Assembly: GCA_949358305.1 (NCBI GenBank)
Contig: OX442314.1
Location: 27,652,001-27,716,000, forward strand
DNA length: 64,000 bases
DNA from: Strigamia acuminata
Taxonomy: Eukaryota
Reading direction: 5' to 3'
The notes beneath the pieces are model-generated. The model worked only from the letters and a program-made list of their open reading frames with translations, was not told the DNA's origin and ran no database searches. A program made the position numbers and the translations under genes. Shown one piece after another: positions 11,394-23,175 of this stretch. How positions within the stretch are numbered: position 1 is the first letter of the stretch; each line of letters begins with the position of its first letter.

Positions 11394-14300
11394 ATGGCAA
11401 GCACGGAACTTGACCCGGCTTGGGCCAGAGAACTGGCCATTCTGTGCGATGTTTATCCATGCGAGATGAAGACGCAGGATGACGTCGTGAGAATCATTAA
11501 AAAATATCAACGCGACAGGCGGCAGGCAGTGCTTGGCGCCGCCGCTGCCCGTAGCAGCGCGCGTTGGTCCAACTTTGCAGCGAAGCGGGCGCGTAAAGCA
11601 GCTGCTCGCGCTCAGAAGGAAGTTACCGAAATGGTGGAAGCTTGGGCAAGATCCACCGTTTCACTCCGGAACGATTTTTCAAAACGCATTTTTGAATTGT
11701 CCAGGAGAGCGGCTATTGCCCAAGCCGTTGCTCAGGACGACTCGGATGTCGAGGGTGAGCAGGAAGATGCGCCAGATTTGATCGCGGGGAACGACGTGGT
11801 TGACCCCGCCGAACTCTACGACCGGATCTCGCCCTTCCAAACTCTAAGAACGACTGAAGCAGACGAAGGCGTCATAACAGACGGCTCGTCGCCCGGTCAA
11901 GTTTGTTTTGTCGGCTTAGCCGTTGGTGCGGTCTGGGATACTGTGAACGTGGCCGGACTGGGGAAGGATCTGCCTCTCCCGTTCGTTGACATTCATTTTT
12001 CCGACCGCAGCGCGGTGGCACTCATGGATTCTCGTGCTTCTGGGCAGTATATGAGTAGTGCCGCGGCCGAGGAATACGGACTAACAGCCTCGATTGAACC
12101 CTGCGATGATTTTGTTAGGGTTATGACAGGCGGTAGAGTCACCAGTCCCGTCGGGACGGTGAACGTGCATGTCAGCTGGCAGACGGGAGCTGATTGGTTA
12201 CGGTTTGCAGTGCTACCTTCCGCGTCTAACTTCATCCTTCTCGGGTGCAGTTGGCTCGGCGAGAATGGCATTGTAATTCGCATCGCCCGGAATGATTGGT
12301 ATCATATCGACAATCCGGGAGAGTACCAGTCCGAACGGCGAATCGCCTAAGGTCGAATTTTTGAGATTCGCCCTTGGAAATGTAATTGTACCTTTCTAAT
12401 GGCGAATCTAGGAAAATTCGCCATTGGAACTGTAATCGCACCTTTCTAATGGCGAATCGATTTTAATGTTGACCAATTCGCCATTAGAAATGTAAATTGT
12501 ACCTTTCTAATGGCGAATCGATTTTAATGTTGACCAATTCGCCATTAGAAATGTATTTGTACATTTCTAATGGCGAATTGGTTTTAGTGTTGACCAATTC
12601 GCCATTAGAAAGGTACAATTTACATTTCTAATGGCGAATTGGTCAACATTAAAATCGATTCGCCATTAGAAAGGTACAATTACATTTCCAATGGCGAATT
12701 ATAATAAATTGGCCATTGGAAATACATTGTAATTCACATTGTAATTCGCCTTTTCGTAACGTCCCCTAAACAGTTCATGCTTCAAGGCCCCAAATATGTA
12801 GTTCCACCTGTGTGTAATAATATTTTTAACAGCAGAAAACCTTTTCTTAAGTGACTGAGTTTATTTCTATTACTTGGGTTGAAGTTTTATTTCCTACAGT
12901 ACTTCATCACACTCATATCACATCTAAAACTACAATGTTGGCCTTGTGGTAGGGCTGGTAAGCATCCGACTAATAAAAGTACAATAGGTCAACATGCAAA
13001 ACAATTGAGAGAAATCAATCTAACAAGCATTTTGTTGCCAAAAAATGGCGACAAAATTATCGACGAGAAATTTATCAGAGCCTGTGGCAGCTGGCCCAAC
13101 CCTGTACATGAATTACCATAGTTCAATCACCGATAAGAAACTTTGTACACAGGAATTGTTTTCTTTATTTGTTTCTTTCTAATACAAATTATTGCTGCAA
13201 ATTTTATATAGTTTCAACCTCCACCAGCCGGTGGTCTTGTAGTAGCAGCTGCTAGTGCTGGTGCTGGTAGATTTTGTATAAATGGAACTACACAAAACTA
13301 CACAAAACAGTATTGACCGATTCGCCATTGGAAATGTCCAATTACATTTCCAATGGCGAATCGATTTAATTTTACACCGATTCGCCATTGGAAATGTAAT
13401 TGGACATTTCCAATGGCGAATCGGTTTAATTTTACACCGATTCGCCATTGGAAACCTGTTTGGTCATTTCCAATGGCGAATGTGTGCAAATTCGCCATTA
13501 GGAATGTTTTTGGCAAAAAAATAAATTTTTTCGCCATTAATCATTATGGCGAGATTCGCCCTTAGGCGATTCGCCGTTCGGACGGCACCCCATCCGGGAG
13601 TAACGTTTCCTTTCGCCCCTCAGCCTGATCAGCTGGACGAAAAAGGCGCGGATGTTGACAAGTGGGCAAGGGTCACGCTGGAACACGGCGTTGATGCGGC
13701 CGCACTGTCGATGTCATCCAATCAATTAGATCTATTGGAAGCCTGTAAAATAGAAGACATGCGGAAAGTGAGACTGACTCGTGTTCTCGACGAGTTTGGA
13801 CACACCTTCAGCGAGACGGGAGGTTGTCATCCAACGGTAGAGTTGTTAATTCCCACGGGTGATACGCCGCCTTTCTCGTGCAAAGTCAAACACACATGCC
13901 CAGCGGAGGCGAGAGCTCTCCGCCGTTTAGTGCGTAATGCGCTGAGAAGGGGCGAAATAGAAGAAAGCGTCAGTGTTTATAGGAGCCAGCCAGTCGTAAG
14001 TATGTTACCTGATGGAACCTTTGATGCTTGTATAGATTTCAGACAACTGAATGCTATCACGGAGAGGGATGGGTATCAGGTCCCGTCGATCCCCATGATT
14101 TTGGCTTGTCTGGAGGGGAGTATATTTTTCTCGACGTTAGATCTGGCGATGGGGTGTTTCCAATTACGGATTGCGCCGCTCGACAGACCTAAAACAGCAT
14201 TTTATACACCCCTTGGTACTTTTCAATTTGTGAAGTTACCTTACGGTTTGTTGAATACTCCTATGGCGTTTCAACGACTGATGGACAAAGTACTCGGCGA

Positions 14301-15582
14301 TGCGAAGTTTAAGTGGGCATTGCCCTACCTGGACTCGATCGTCGTGTTCAGTAAAACATTCGAAGAACATTTAACGCACTTGTCAGATGTGCTAGGCAGG
14401 TTGAACAAGCATTGTTTGACCGCCAGCCCGTCTGGTTCGTGTATTTTATCGACCTCTTGGGATTTTCTGGGCTATTCGATGACTCGGTATGGTTTCCGAC
14501 CGAACGAACGCCGCGTTCAGGCGATTGTGGATTATCCGCAACCGAGGAATGTTGCTCAGCTGCGACGTTTCCTTGGCATGTTCGGCGGAGACACACCGGC
14601 GATCGAGGGTCTCGAACATTCCTCGAATCCACTGGAAGCGCTGCTTAATGACGGCGCTGCGTGGAATTGGTCTAATGAGTGTCAGGGTGTGTTCCAGCTC
14701 TTCAAGGATCATCTTGCGCGTGGGAGCTTGCTTCCTATGCCTGAGTTCAACAGAACTTTTGTCATCCAGGCTGCCGCAAGTAGAGTTGGGCTCGGAGCAG
14801 TCCTCACACAGATGGATCATCAAGGAGTCAAAAGGCCCGTTGCCTATGCGAGTCGTGCGCTGCAAGGCACCGAGACAGCGTTCAGCCTGTCAGAATTGGA
14901 ATGTCTGGCGGTTCTGCAGGCAGTCGCTTCCTTTCGACCATTCATCGCGTACTCGAAGTTCGTCATCGAAACAGGTTGTATGGCGTTGCTCTGGCTTTTG
15001 TCATCAACAAGCGCGTCAGGTCGCCTGGTGCGATGGGCGATGCAACTGCAACAGGTGAGATTTTCGATTAAGTTTAACAAGCGTGCGGACGACAGGATCG
15101 CGGTCGCTCTTTCAAAGGTTGGCCTAGATGACGTGGAAACGACATCGGCGGCTACGCCCGAGGAAGAAGCTGCAATCATGCTGGCCCACACGCTCGTTAC
15201 GGAGAGTTTCGCTGGTACGATCATGTCTTACGACGAGGTTAGACAGGTCCAGCGAGATGACCCGGACTGTAGCGCTGTCATAAAGTGGTTAGATGAAGGG
15301 CAAAGAGACGACCATCTTTTGTCCCAACTCCCACCATCCATGACGCAATACAAACCAGATTTTGTGTTCGGTGGGTGCGGAGAATTGTGCTTAAATACCC
15401 CAATCTCACCCGACACGCCGCTAAGCAGAGCGGAGCACGGCTCGGATGTAAAAATCTTGATGCCTGCACCACTGCTTGATCGCTGCCTTGACGTCATTCG
15501 ACTGCATCCTCGTTATGCGCAGGATAACGCGGCCGACATGGTGAAAAGGTTGCGACGAATGTTTTTCTGGCCAGGAACGTAG
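11394..15582 (+). CDS. pol: Gypsy-derived Pol-like polyprotein (~969 aa once the 12321-13591 insertion is removed) with substituted catalytic sites
   Basis: ORFs 11340-12350 and 13546-15582 join in frame (WYHIDNPG-VTFPF) when the insertion and one TSD are removed. PR LMDSRAS, RT CIDFRQLN/LDL/YLDS, RH QAAAS/ELECLAV/ETGC/IAVALS; ends at FFWPGT*. Confidence 0.85.
12321..13591. mobile_element. Non-autonomous foldback DNA transposon (Mutator-like TSD)
   Basis: TIR GTCCGAACGGCGAATCGCCTAAGG at both ends, subterminal arrays of ~60-bp palindromic units (TTCGCCATTRGAAA...TTTCYAATGGCGAA), and an 8-9 bp TSD ATCCGGGA(G) at 12313 and 13592. Confidence 0.88.
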
Positions 15583-17933
15583 TTTTCCTTGTTCCGGTCG
15601 GACTCAAAACTAATGAAACGTTTATCAGGCGTAGACACGACGATGCTCTCGTTACTGTCACGCCGGCGAACATAATTTTGGAGTAATAAATTGCCCTGGA
15701 ACGGTGACTAATTTGTAATGGTTGTATGTTTTTTTTTAAATCACACTCACCCATGTTCAAACACGCCACCTGTTGCTCGGCGAAATCGGTGCGTCGATCG
15801 GGAGGTCCGTGGCTAGTCGCAGTGGCCGCCGATCGATCGGTACCAGTCACAAGCATGTGATGCTGCCAAAATAGGTAGAAAAAATTGCTAAAATTGGTCG
15901 GAAAAGTTGATTTAATTACCGACTTCCCGAGGCCAGTTTCAGCGGTCACGTGCAATCTTCACCGATGAGCTCGCGACGCTCTTATGACGTCACGAATATC
16001 ACGGCAGATCGTAGCCATGGCAACGGTCTTAAACAGCACGGCCGCAATTTTTGAGCGTGTTTTCTTTCACTGCCCGAAAATCGTGGGAATTTTTTCACTG
16101 AAGAATTCGAGAAAATGCTGTGGTTATGAAACAATTTTTTTTTATGAACTTTTATGGTGTTTTTCTCCACATCTGTTGCAAAGGATCGTCTTTCAACTAG
16201 GGGATTGTTTATTTCACCAATTAGAGGGGTGAGGGTGTCGTGAGACCCAATCACAGGTCACGGGTCGGGGATTGTTCTATGTTTAGACAAAGTTTCTTGT
16301 TTCTGGACATCACCCCGTGTGTCACTTGTTTTCGTGAGAGCGAGCCGACAACATCAGTTTACTGTTCTTGTCTGCGTTTTTCTTTCGAGGCGTTTTTTCG
16401 TGTGTTTTCTGATCAATGAAGGTAAGCTGCAATTTTTTACATCATTTGTTGTGCTCTTCCCTCGATCTACGCCCGTGACCGATTGTTTTCTTACACCCGG
16501 ACCCCGATCTTGTATAAACTAGCGTGCGGGCTGGCAGCCTTTGGCCGCCGCTCACCGCTAGAGATGCTGGCGAATTGAATGGTTTTTCGACTCGCCGCAT
16601 CCGAATATCTTCACTGAAACACGGTTGATTACGATCAACATGTGTTCGGCGAGTATTTCAAAGCAACTTTTGTGTGAGGAAACCCGAAAATTTTTGCTGT
16701 TCCCTCTCACAAAACACTTCGTAACAATTTCTTTTGCATTGGTTTCGATTTACCATTCCATTGTTTCCCTGATTTTCTATCACTTCCGTTTCATTTTCTT
16801 ACTTCGTTTTCTTCCAATGTTCCTGTAAAAGTTTTCTTTTAAAATTTTTTAATTAATCATTTCTAATTTTTTTTTTTTTTTTGCGCTTTATTTCTTTTTT
16901 GCTCTTATCTTTTTTTTTGTTTTTTGCCTCCATTCGCCGTGTCCCCGGTTTTTTCTGTGAAACAGGTGGGTATCGGCGACAGATTCACGAGTAGAGTGGC
17001 AGAGGTTAATTTTTTTTGGCCCACGCCTAACCCCTCGGAATCTGTGCATCCCCATTTCTATTGTCCCTAATTGAGGTCAAAGACCCGCAGCTGGTCACTT
17101 GAGTCATCGGCGGCTTGATCAGAGACTGTCAGTCTAGGGGAACAATAGCATGTGGCGAGGGGTCGACGCCGCGGTAAGAGGAGCCGGGAAGTTCGCTTTC
17201 CGACTCACTCGTCACTGCGGCGCGGCTCGAAGAAATCAAAGTCCGCATCTGTTTGGAGCTTTTCGTTCTTTTCTTTATTCTTCGACCCCTTCTTTGCTTA
17301 TTTTGCCCCGAACTCGAGTTTTTCGCTCTCGTTCGGTTTGATTTTGTTTTTTTTGTTCACGTTTAAATTGGAGTTTTATTATTTCTTTTCTCTTTTCGCT
17401 CGCTCCGGGTTGAAAAGGTGTCTTTTCACTTTTTCACCCGCTCGCGTGCTTTCATTAATGTAATCCTCTTTGTCATCATCGATGTTCTGCTCGTGTGCTC
17501 GCGACTTGACTGGGTTTTGGTGCCGACGCCAAGGACTACCGGCATGCCGGGCCGTTGTGCAGAACGGTCCGCCATGTTGGTTGCGATTTACGTTGGAGTC
17601 ACCATCCCTTGCCTTGTCGTGTCTGGAACTCGAGCAACCATCGTACCGCTAACCGTCATAATCCCGGTTCAATTTTCTTGAACCCAGGAAGGACTTTCGC
17701 TCACATCGACGATTGTGTAACGTCCGGTTACGTCACGCGCTCTGCGCATGATCGAGCACTTGGCGCTGCGAGGCCGAGTTGGTCGCCCCCGCGTGCCAAG
17801 TTTTGTCCCCATGATTTCCTCAATTCTCATTCTTTACTCTACACTATTTTTCAATTGTTCTTTTTCAATCCCATGCGTTTTTCAGTGGTTTTGACGGTTT
17901 TATTAATTGATTTATTTTCTGTTTATTCTTTAG

Positions 17934-19043
17934 AAATCAGGAGATTCTGGTGATGATGGTTCGGACCAGTGGCGCATCTGTCCCGTTTGCCTCGGCGAAC
18001 GGTGTCAGGTTGCGGCCAGCGGCTGGGAGTCCCCTTGCGGGAATTGTTTGGGACACGGATTAGTCCATTTCTCCGTGCCCAGACAAAGATGGTTCGTGCG
18101 ACATTTGTCGAGGCAGGGTGGAGATCGTCATCACACCCGCCCGACAACGACGTGGATGCAGGTGGATTCCTGGGAGTCCAGGACACAGACCCTGGTGAGG
18201 AACGGTTTCGCGCTTCTCCCGCGTTGGCTGACGGTCGAGGCGGTGAGGATTCGGGACCAGCTGACTGCCCCGTCGAGTATCCCACAACCAGCGCGCCAGG
18301 TTCAGGCTGGACGAGCAGCGTCTGCAGAGGCGCCAGCCCAGCCGAGCCCGAAGCGCCAGAGGCAGGAGCCACCGCCCTCCACTTGGACGGAGGAGATGAC
18401 CGTGCGGCACGCAGCCGCGATGGTGGATTGGCGTGCCACTCACCCCAAGGCCACGCCGTTCCAGGTGGAGTGCGAAGAGAAGCGTCTGCGTCGCCGCTTC
18501 AAGAAGGCGGCGAGAAAGGCGCGTGCCGACGCCATACGGGCAAAGGCGTTGGAAGAGGCCGAAGCTGCTGCCGTACCGGCAGTAGCCCAACCGGTCGGGG
18601 AACCTGGAGTCAGCGAACAGGCCGCACAGGCCGTGTCCGTTGCTCTGGATCGCCCCGACAGCGTCATCAAGCTGCTAGCGGGGGAACCCGGAGTCGAGGA
18701 GCAGGCTATTGCAGCTATGCCACTCGCTTTGGTCCTTCCTGTGGTTTCCGACGAACCGGTGATCGGAGCGTGCTCGGAGGAAGCGATTGCTTGCGCGTCG
18801 TTTGCTCTCGGCCTTCCGGTGGACTCGTTCAACGGAACAGGCGGCCTTCCGCACCGTACCTGGGGTAGCCTCGCATCGCTGGCAGGATGGTCGGCTCAGT
18901 CCAATCCTCTGCCTCGGTGGAGGAAGAATTTCAGATGGCTGTTTCGGAGGACGACGTGCTGGAGTTGTCAGTCTTGGAGGGCTTGTCTCTCAAGGCGCAA
19001 CTTCTGCGACTCGCCGACCCCGAGACGGTCGACATGGAACTAG
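17934..19043 (+). CDS. Accessory ORF A of the LTR element: N-terminal CxxC...CxxCxGxG zinc ribbon, basic helix, Ala/Glu-rich tail
   Basis: The frame is open from the polypyrimidine-AG at 17933: KSGDSGDDGSDQWRICPVCLGERC...PCGNCLGHG, continuing into listed ORF 18048-19043. Confidence 0.5.
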   Translation, partial: KSGDSGDDGSDQWRICPVCLGERCQVAASGWESPCGNCLGHGLVHFSVPRQRWFVRHLSRQGGDRHHTRPTTTWMQVDSWESRTQTLVRNGFALLPRWLTVEAVRIRDQLTAPSSIPQPARQVQAGRAASAEAPAQPSPKRQRQEPPPSTWTEEMTVRHAAAMVDWRATHPKATPFQVECEEKRLRRRFKKAARKARADAIRAKALEEAEAAAVPAVAQPVGEPGVSEQAAQAVSVALDRPDSVIKLLAGEPGVEEQAIAAMPLALVLPVVSDEPVIGACSEEAIACASFALGLPVDSFNGTGGLPHRTWGSLASLAGWSAQSNPLPRWRKNFRWLFRRTTCWSCQSWRACLSRRNFCDSPTPRRSTWN

Positions 19044-20185
19044 AAACGGCGACGGGGAGTGAGGAACCTGCCCAGGTACCACACCCCCCTGAGCAGCGGG
19101 GAGGAGCGGAGTTCCTCGAGCCCGTAGGGGGCCCGACGCCGCTCGAGATCGCCGAATTGCCGCCCGGAGCCCCAGTTGTTTGTGCTGAGCTGCTCATACG
19201 GGGTGTTCCCCGTCTTGAGCACGCGCACGGGCAGACATTGGCGCTCTGGGTTGCCGAGGCGAAGCGCTGGAGGGAGCTCCACCTGCGCTTCGAGGATGCC
19301 AGGGGAAGTGACATCCGAATGACCCGAGCGGTGGCACTGATACGGCAGAGAATGTGGATTATTCTCAACATCCCCTCTGTCGAGTCAGCAGCAGCAAGGA
19401 GGCTCAGGTGGTTCGAGACGGTCCGGATCGTCGCGTGGACGGTCGGGTCGGCAATGAACGCCTGGTACCTCCATCTGCCGTCACCGTTCGCAGTTCAGGA
19501 ATGGACGCTGGAGGAGACTGTCGGAGCAGATTTCGCCGACATCGATCCATCGGTCTGTCGCGGCTACGTGGAGACGCTGGCGAGTCTACCCAAGCTGGTG
19601 GACAACCATGGCCATCAGCGGGTATTCAGACCGGCATCCCACGAGCCCGTTCCGATCGAGATGCCTCCGGAGCTGGCAACACTATCACCGCCACCCCCAC
19701 CTACTTACGAGGAGGTGATCGTCAAGCGGGTGCATAGGCGGAAGGCCTACAAGGACGACTTCAGCACCGAAGTTTGGGACCCGGTGGAGGCCGAGTACGA
19801 TGAGCACAAGAAGGAGGTGGAACGCGAGCGGAAGAAGAAGGGGAAGGGGAAGAAGTCCCGCAAGGCCGCACCCGGTTCCACTCCAACGAAGGGCGAGAAG
19901 GGAGCGCACTGCGCACCACCTTCGCCAGTGTCGACGGCTGCTGCGCCAATGGTGGAGAAGGTTCGATCGCATCCTTCCCCATCGACGTCAGCAGCTGAAG
20001 CGGAGGACAGGCGACTGATGCCACCACCACCATCCATACGGTCCGTACTGGAGGCAGCGAGAACCTCTCCAGCCCCAGCAAGGTCCACACGAGAAATCGC
20101 GCCGGAAGTCGCGGCTGCGTCCGAAGAGGAGCCCCGAGGCCCCTCTCAACCGCAACCGCCGTCCGAGGATGCGCCGGAGCCGTGA
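18887..20185 (+). CDS. Accessory ORF B of the LTR element, 432 aa orphan with acidic N-terminus, helical core, NLS-like RERKKKGKGKK and Pro-rich tail
   Basis: Long GC-rich ORF between T-rich non-coding flanks. It overlaps ORF A in another frame and may be one gene with it. Confidence 0.55.
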   Translation: MVGSVQSSASVEEEFQMAVSEDDVLELSVLEGLSLKAQLLRLADPETVDMELETATGSEEPAQVPHPPEQRGGAEFLEPVGGPTPLEIAELPPGAPVVCAELLIRGVPRLEHAHGQTLALWVAEAKRWRELHLRFEDARGSDIRMTRAVALIRQRMWIILNIPSVESAAARRLRWFETVRIVAWTVGSAMNAWYLHLPSPFAVQEWTLEETVGADFADIDPSVCRGYVETLASLPKLVDNHGHQRVFRPASHEPVPIEMPPELATLSPPPPPTYEEVIVKRVHRRKAYKDDFSTEVWDPVEAEYDEHKKEVERERKKKGKGKKSRKAAPGSTPTKGEKGAHCAPPSPVSTAAAPMVEKVRSHPSPSTSAAEAEDRRLMPPPPSIRSVLEAARTSPAPARSTREIAPEVAAASEEEPRGPSQPQPPSEDAPEP

Positions 20186-22302
20186 AAAGCCCCGATCGTC
20201 GTCCTTGGACGCCGGAATTGTACAAACGACAGACCTCTGGTCCCGATAATATTTTTTTTTCCCTGAACAGGATTCCATGAGATGCCTGTCCCAAGACATG
20301 GACGCCGAGCCAGTGCGAGTGACGAGACGGTGACGCCGCGCCACGCGCTCAGATGCCCGACGAAAGATGACGTCGGAGGTTTCCAATGTTCCCGGAACCT
20401 CCCAACCGTGGGTCTTGGTCAGATCCCGGTTGATGTACATAGTTATTTATGTTTTTCTTTCTTTTTCTCGTTTGTTTAACGTAATTTTTTTTTTAGACGT
20501 TCTTGAGAGGCTTGACCAACCTCTCCCATCCTTGTTTTACCTTTTAATTTAATTCGTTTATTATTATTTTATGTCAATATTTTTCTTTTTGTTTTGTTTT
20601 ATGGTTTGCTCCCGGGCTTGTTACGTTCAGGCCCGGTGAATTATTATTTGCATTGTAATACCATCAATAGTTTGTTTTGTTTTCGGCCAGTCTAGGGTTG
20701 GGGGTTTTCCGTTGCCCAACGTTGCTCGAACATCGTGGACCGACGGTGCGGTGATCCTTTGGACAACCGGCACCGGAAGTCAGCGCCGGTAGCCCGACAG
20801 TGTGTGGTCTTTGACCGACACTATTGCCGTGCTTGCCTCGACTTGCGTGTCCCCGTTGGTGTTGTGTGTTAAGTCGAACCGACCACGTCACACATTGGAC
20901 TTCTGCCCAGTGTGTGACGGGTCGGTTGCCGGTGCGGCGCGCCTTCGTGGCGCCCCTGCAACGGGTAACGGGATTCCCCATACCCCTAGACAACGACAAT
21001 AAAGGCCAACCAACCAATATTGTGGGAATCTCTGTTATTATTACGTGATGTATGCGTCCCTACCCAGTGTGATTAGTCCCCTAGTTACATTGGCGAGACC
21101 ATACCAGTCACACAATCATCATTAAATTTTTTATTTGTTTGCTGTCAAACAAATTTTCCTGCATCATCTCCACATCCAACACAAATCCCACTCTCATCTG
21201 AAAAAATAATTTGATTCCAGTCATCTACAGTCCAGTTTTTGTGCAACCTAGCCCATTTTAGGCGATTTTATTTATGGAGTTTGGTCATGAAGGGTTTTGT
21301 TTTAGCTTTACAAAATGAATAGCCCCTGCTGTTTAACCTGTTCCTGACTGTTCGATCACAAACATTGGTCTTGTTCTTCTTCCATTCTGCATTTAGTGTT
21401 TTGATGTCATTTTTCGATTTTTTAAGCAAATTTTCCTTAGTGACCTGTCTTGAATTTTGCTCGTTTTTTTGGGTCGGCAGCTTCTTGGGCGATTTGTTGT
21501 GTCTCCTGTCTCCTGAAATGTTTTCCAAGTGTAATTGACAGTCGATAGGGCACAACCTACAGCTTTAGCAACTTCTCTCTGGGTTTTCCCCTCTTTTACG
21601 AGACACACAATTCGGTTTTTAATGTCTTTGTCGTATTCCTTAATTGGAGCCATTTTTTCAAATTCTCATAGAGCATCCCTGGTAAAAGTGGACTAGTCAA
21701 ATTAATTTCGCTGCCAAAAATTTGCTTATTAATTTCATGTTTGAAAACTTTTTTCCAACATTTATCATGTTCTAATATTTTTTTCCCTCCTAGGTCGGAC
21801 AGAAAAATTTTTCTGGACAAACGGTTTGACCTTTTCATTTGAATTTTTGGCCACAAACTATCAATACATGAAGGAATAAAGTGTATATTCTGAATTGTCA
21901 ATAATGTCTCTTATTTAAGAGTAAAACGGGTCCAAACTCAATTTTTAATAAATCGTACCTCATGTTTGAATACTTTTTGCCAGGGGCTGTATTGTAACAA
22001 AAATGTAAACAATATTAGAAATATTATGTGCGTCTTACAATCGACAGCTAACTTTTTTTTCTCTAAAAAACCAAGTCTAATAGTGTGGGATGCGTCATAG
22101 AATCGATACGGTACTAACGATTTTTGGAAGGGTATGTAGACTTTTAATGACAATGATGCAGAATGCTGGACTCCAGCGTCACAGTAACCAATTACTTGGC
22201 CAACATGATTCCCATCCAATTTTATGAAAGTAATAGTGTGTGTTCGGACGGACACCACATGGTCTGGGGAGGGCCACGAGACACTGGATGCAACACACAC
22301 TA

Positions 22303-23058
22303 CAGGGTGAGTCAAAAGTCCAGAAACACCTTTTTTTCTTGAAAATGATCGAAGATATATCATTTCTGTTGATGTAGACATACAGGAAGTCGATGGTGGG
22401 CTATCCAGTGGTCACCTTAAATTTGACCCACAAGGTCATTTTCAAGGTTATTCACTTTCTAACTTTTAAACTGTTGGAGATACAGAAAAATTTCCAATTA
22501 CAAAGTTGTAGAACACCATCGAATTAGTACTATCCAACTTATCTTAGACATCTTCATTTTAATGTTTTCATTTTAAAATGAAAACAAATCAGTTGAAGTA
22601 AAGCCAGCATTGTGGCAAAACTTCAATTTCTACTGCAAAAGTACTAAATTTCTTCAATAAATGTATTCAAATTTGCATTATTATGTAAGTAAACAAGAAA
22701 AACCACTGTCTTTTTTTAAATGTCTAAATTATTTTATTTTCATAGGAATAAAAAATTTCAATTTGCTGATTTGTTTTCCTTTTTTAAAAAAAAAACCATT
22801 TAACTTAAGGTGACTAGGATAATTTGGATAGTACTAATTTGATGGTGCTCTGCAACTTTGTAATTGGAAATTTTGCTGTATCTTAAACGGTTTAAAAGTT
22901 AAGAAGTGAATGACCTTGAAAATGACCTTCCGGATCAAATTTAAGGTGACCACTGGATAGCCCACTATCGACTTCCTATACGTCTACATCAACAGAATTG
23001 ATATATCTTCAGTCATTTTCAAGAAAAAAAGGTGTTTCTGGACTTTTGACTCACCCTG
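22303..23058. mobile_element. Tc1/mariner-type MITE with ~250-bp TIRs
   Basis: CAGGGTGAGTCAAAAGTCCAGAAACACC...GGTGTTTCTGGACTTTTGACTCACCCTG with a TA TSD. The empty site is visible at ~3932. Confidence 0.92.
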
Positions 23059-23175
23059 TATAAAATTATACACAAAATACACAAGAGACACAAGATAGTT
23101 TTAGTTATTGGCTTTAGGGGCTCTAGGGGTATGGTGGGTGTTTCACAGTGCATTTCCCAAGGCGATGGCTACTAG

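Larger units (their letters stand above)
7805..21112 (+). mobile_element. Ty3/gypsy-type LTR element (non-autonomous), 13.3 kb
   Basis: TGTGAC...GTCACA ends with a 4-bp TSD CAAT (7801-7804, 21113-21116). 5' LTR 7805-8402; the 3' LTR is only 20867-21112, identical to 8157-8402. Domain order PR-RT-RH-(INT stub). Confidence 0.9.
7495..21989 (-). mobile_element. Defective Tc1/mariner element interrupted by an LTR retrotransposon
   Basis: TIR end CAGCCCCTGGCAAAAAGTATTCAAACATG abuts TA at 21990, with an internal direct repeat near 21736. Transposase HTH MAPIKEY...QREVAKAVGC starts at 21653 and is frameshifted. The DDE region resumes at 7804 (LMIWGCMS, IFQDDSASSH), in frame across the CAAT TSD. Confidence 0.9.

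Noticed and set aside
12340..13570. Palindromic ~60-bp repeat arrays resembling CRISPR, and their ORFs (FAIGN/MANR repeats)
   Set aside because: The spacers are not unique, no cas genes are present, the context is eukaryotic, and the arrays are subterminal repeats of a TIR/TSD-bounded foldback element.
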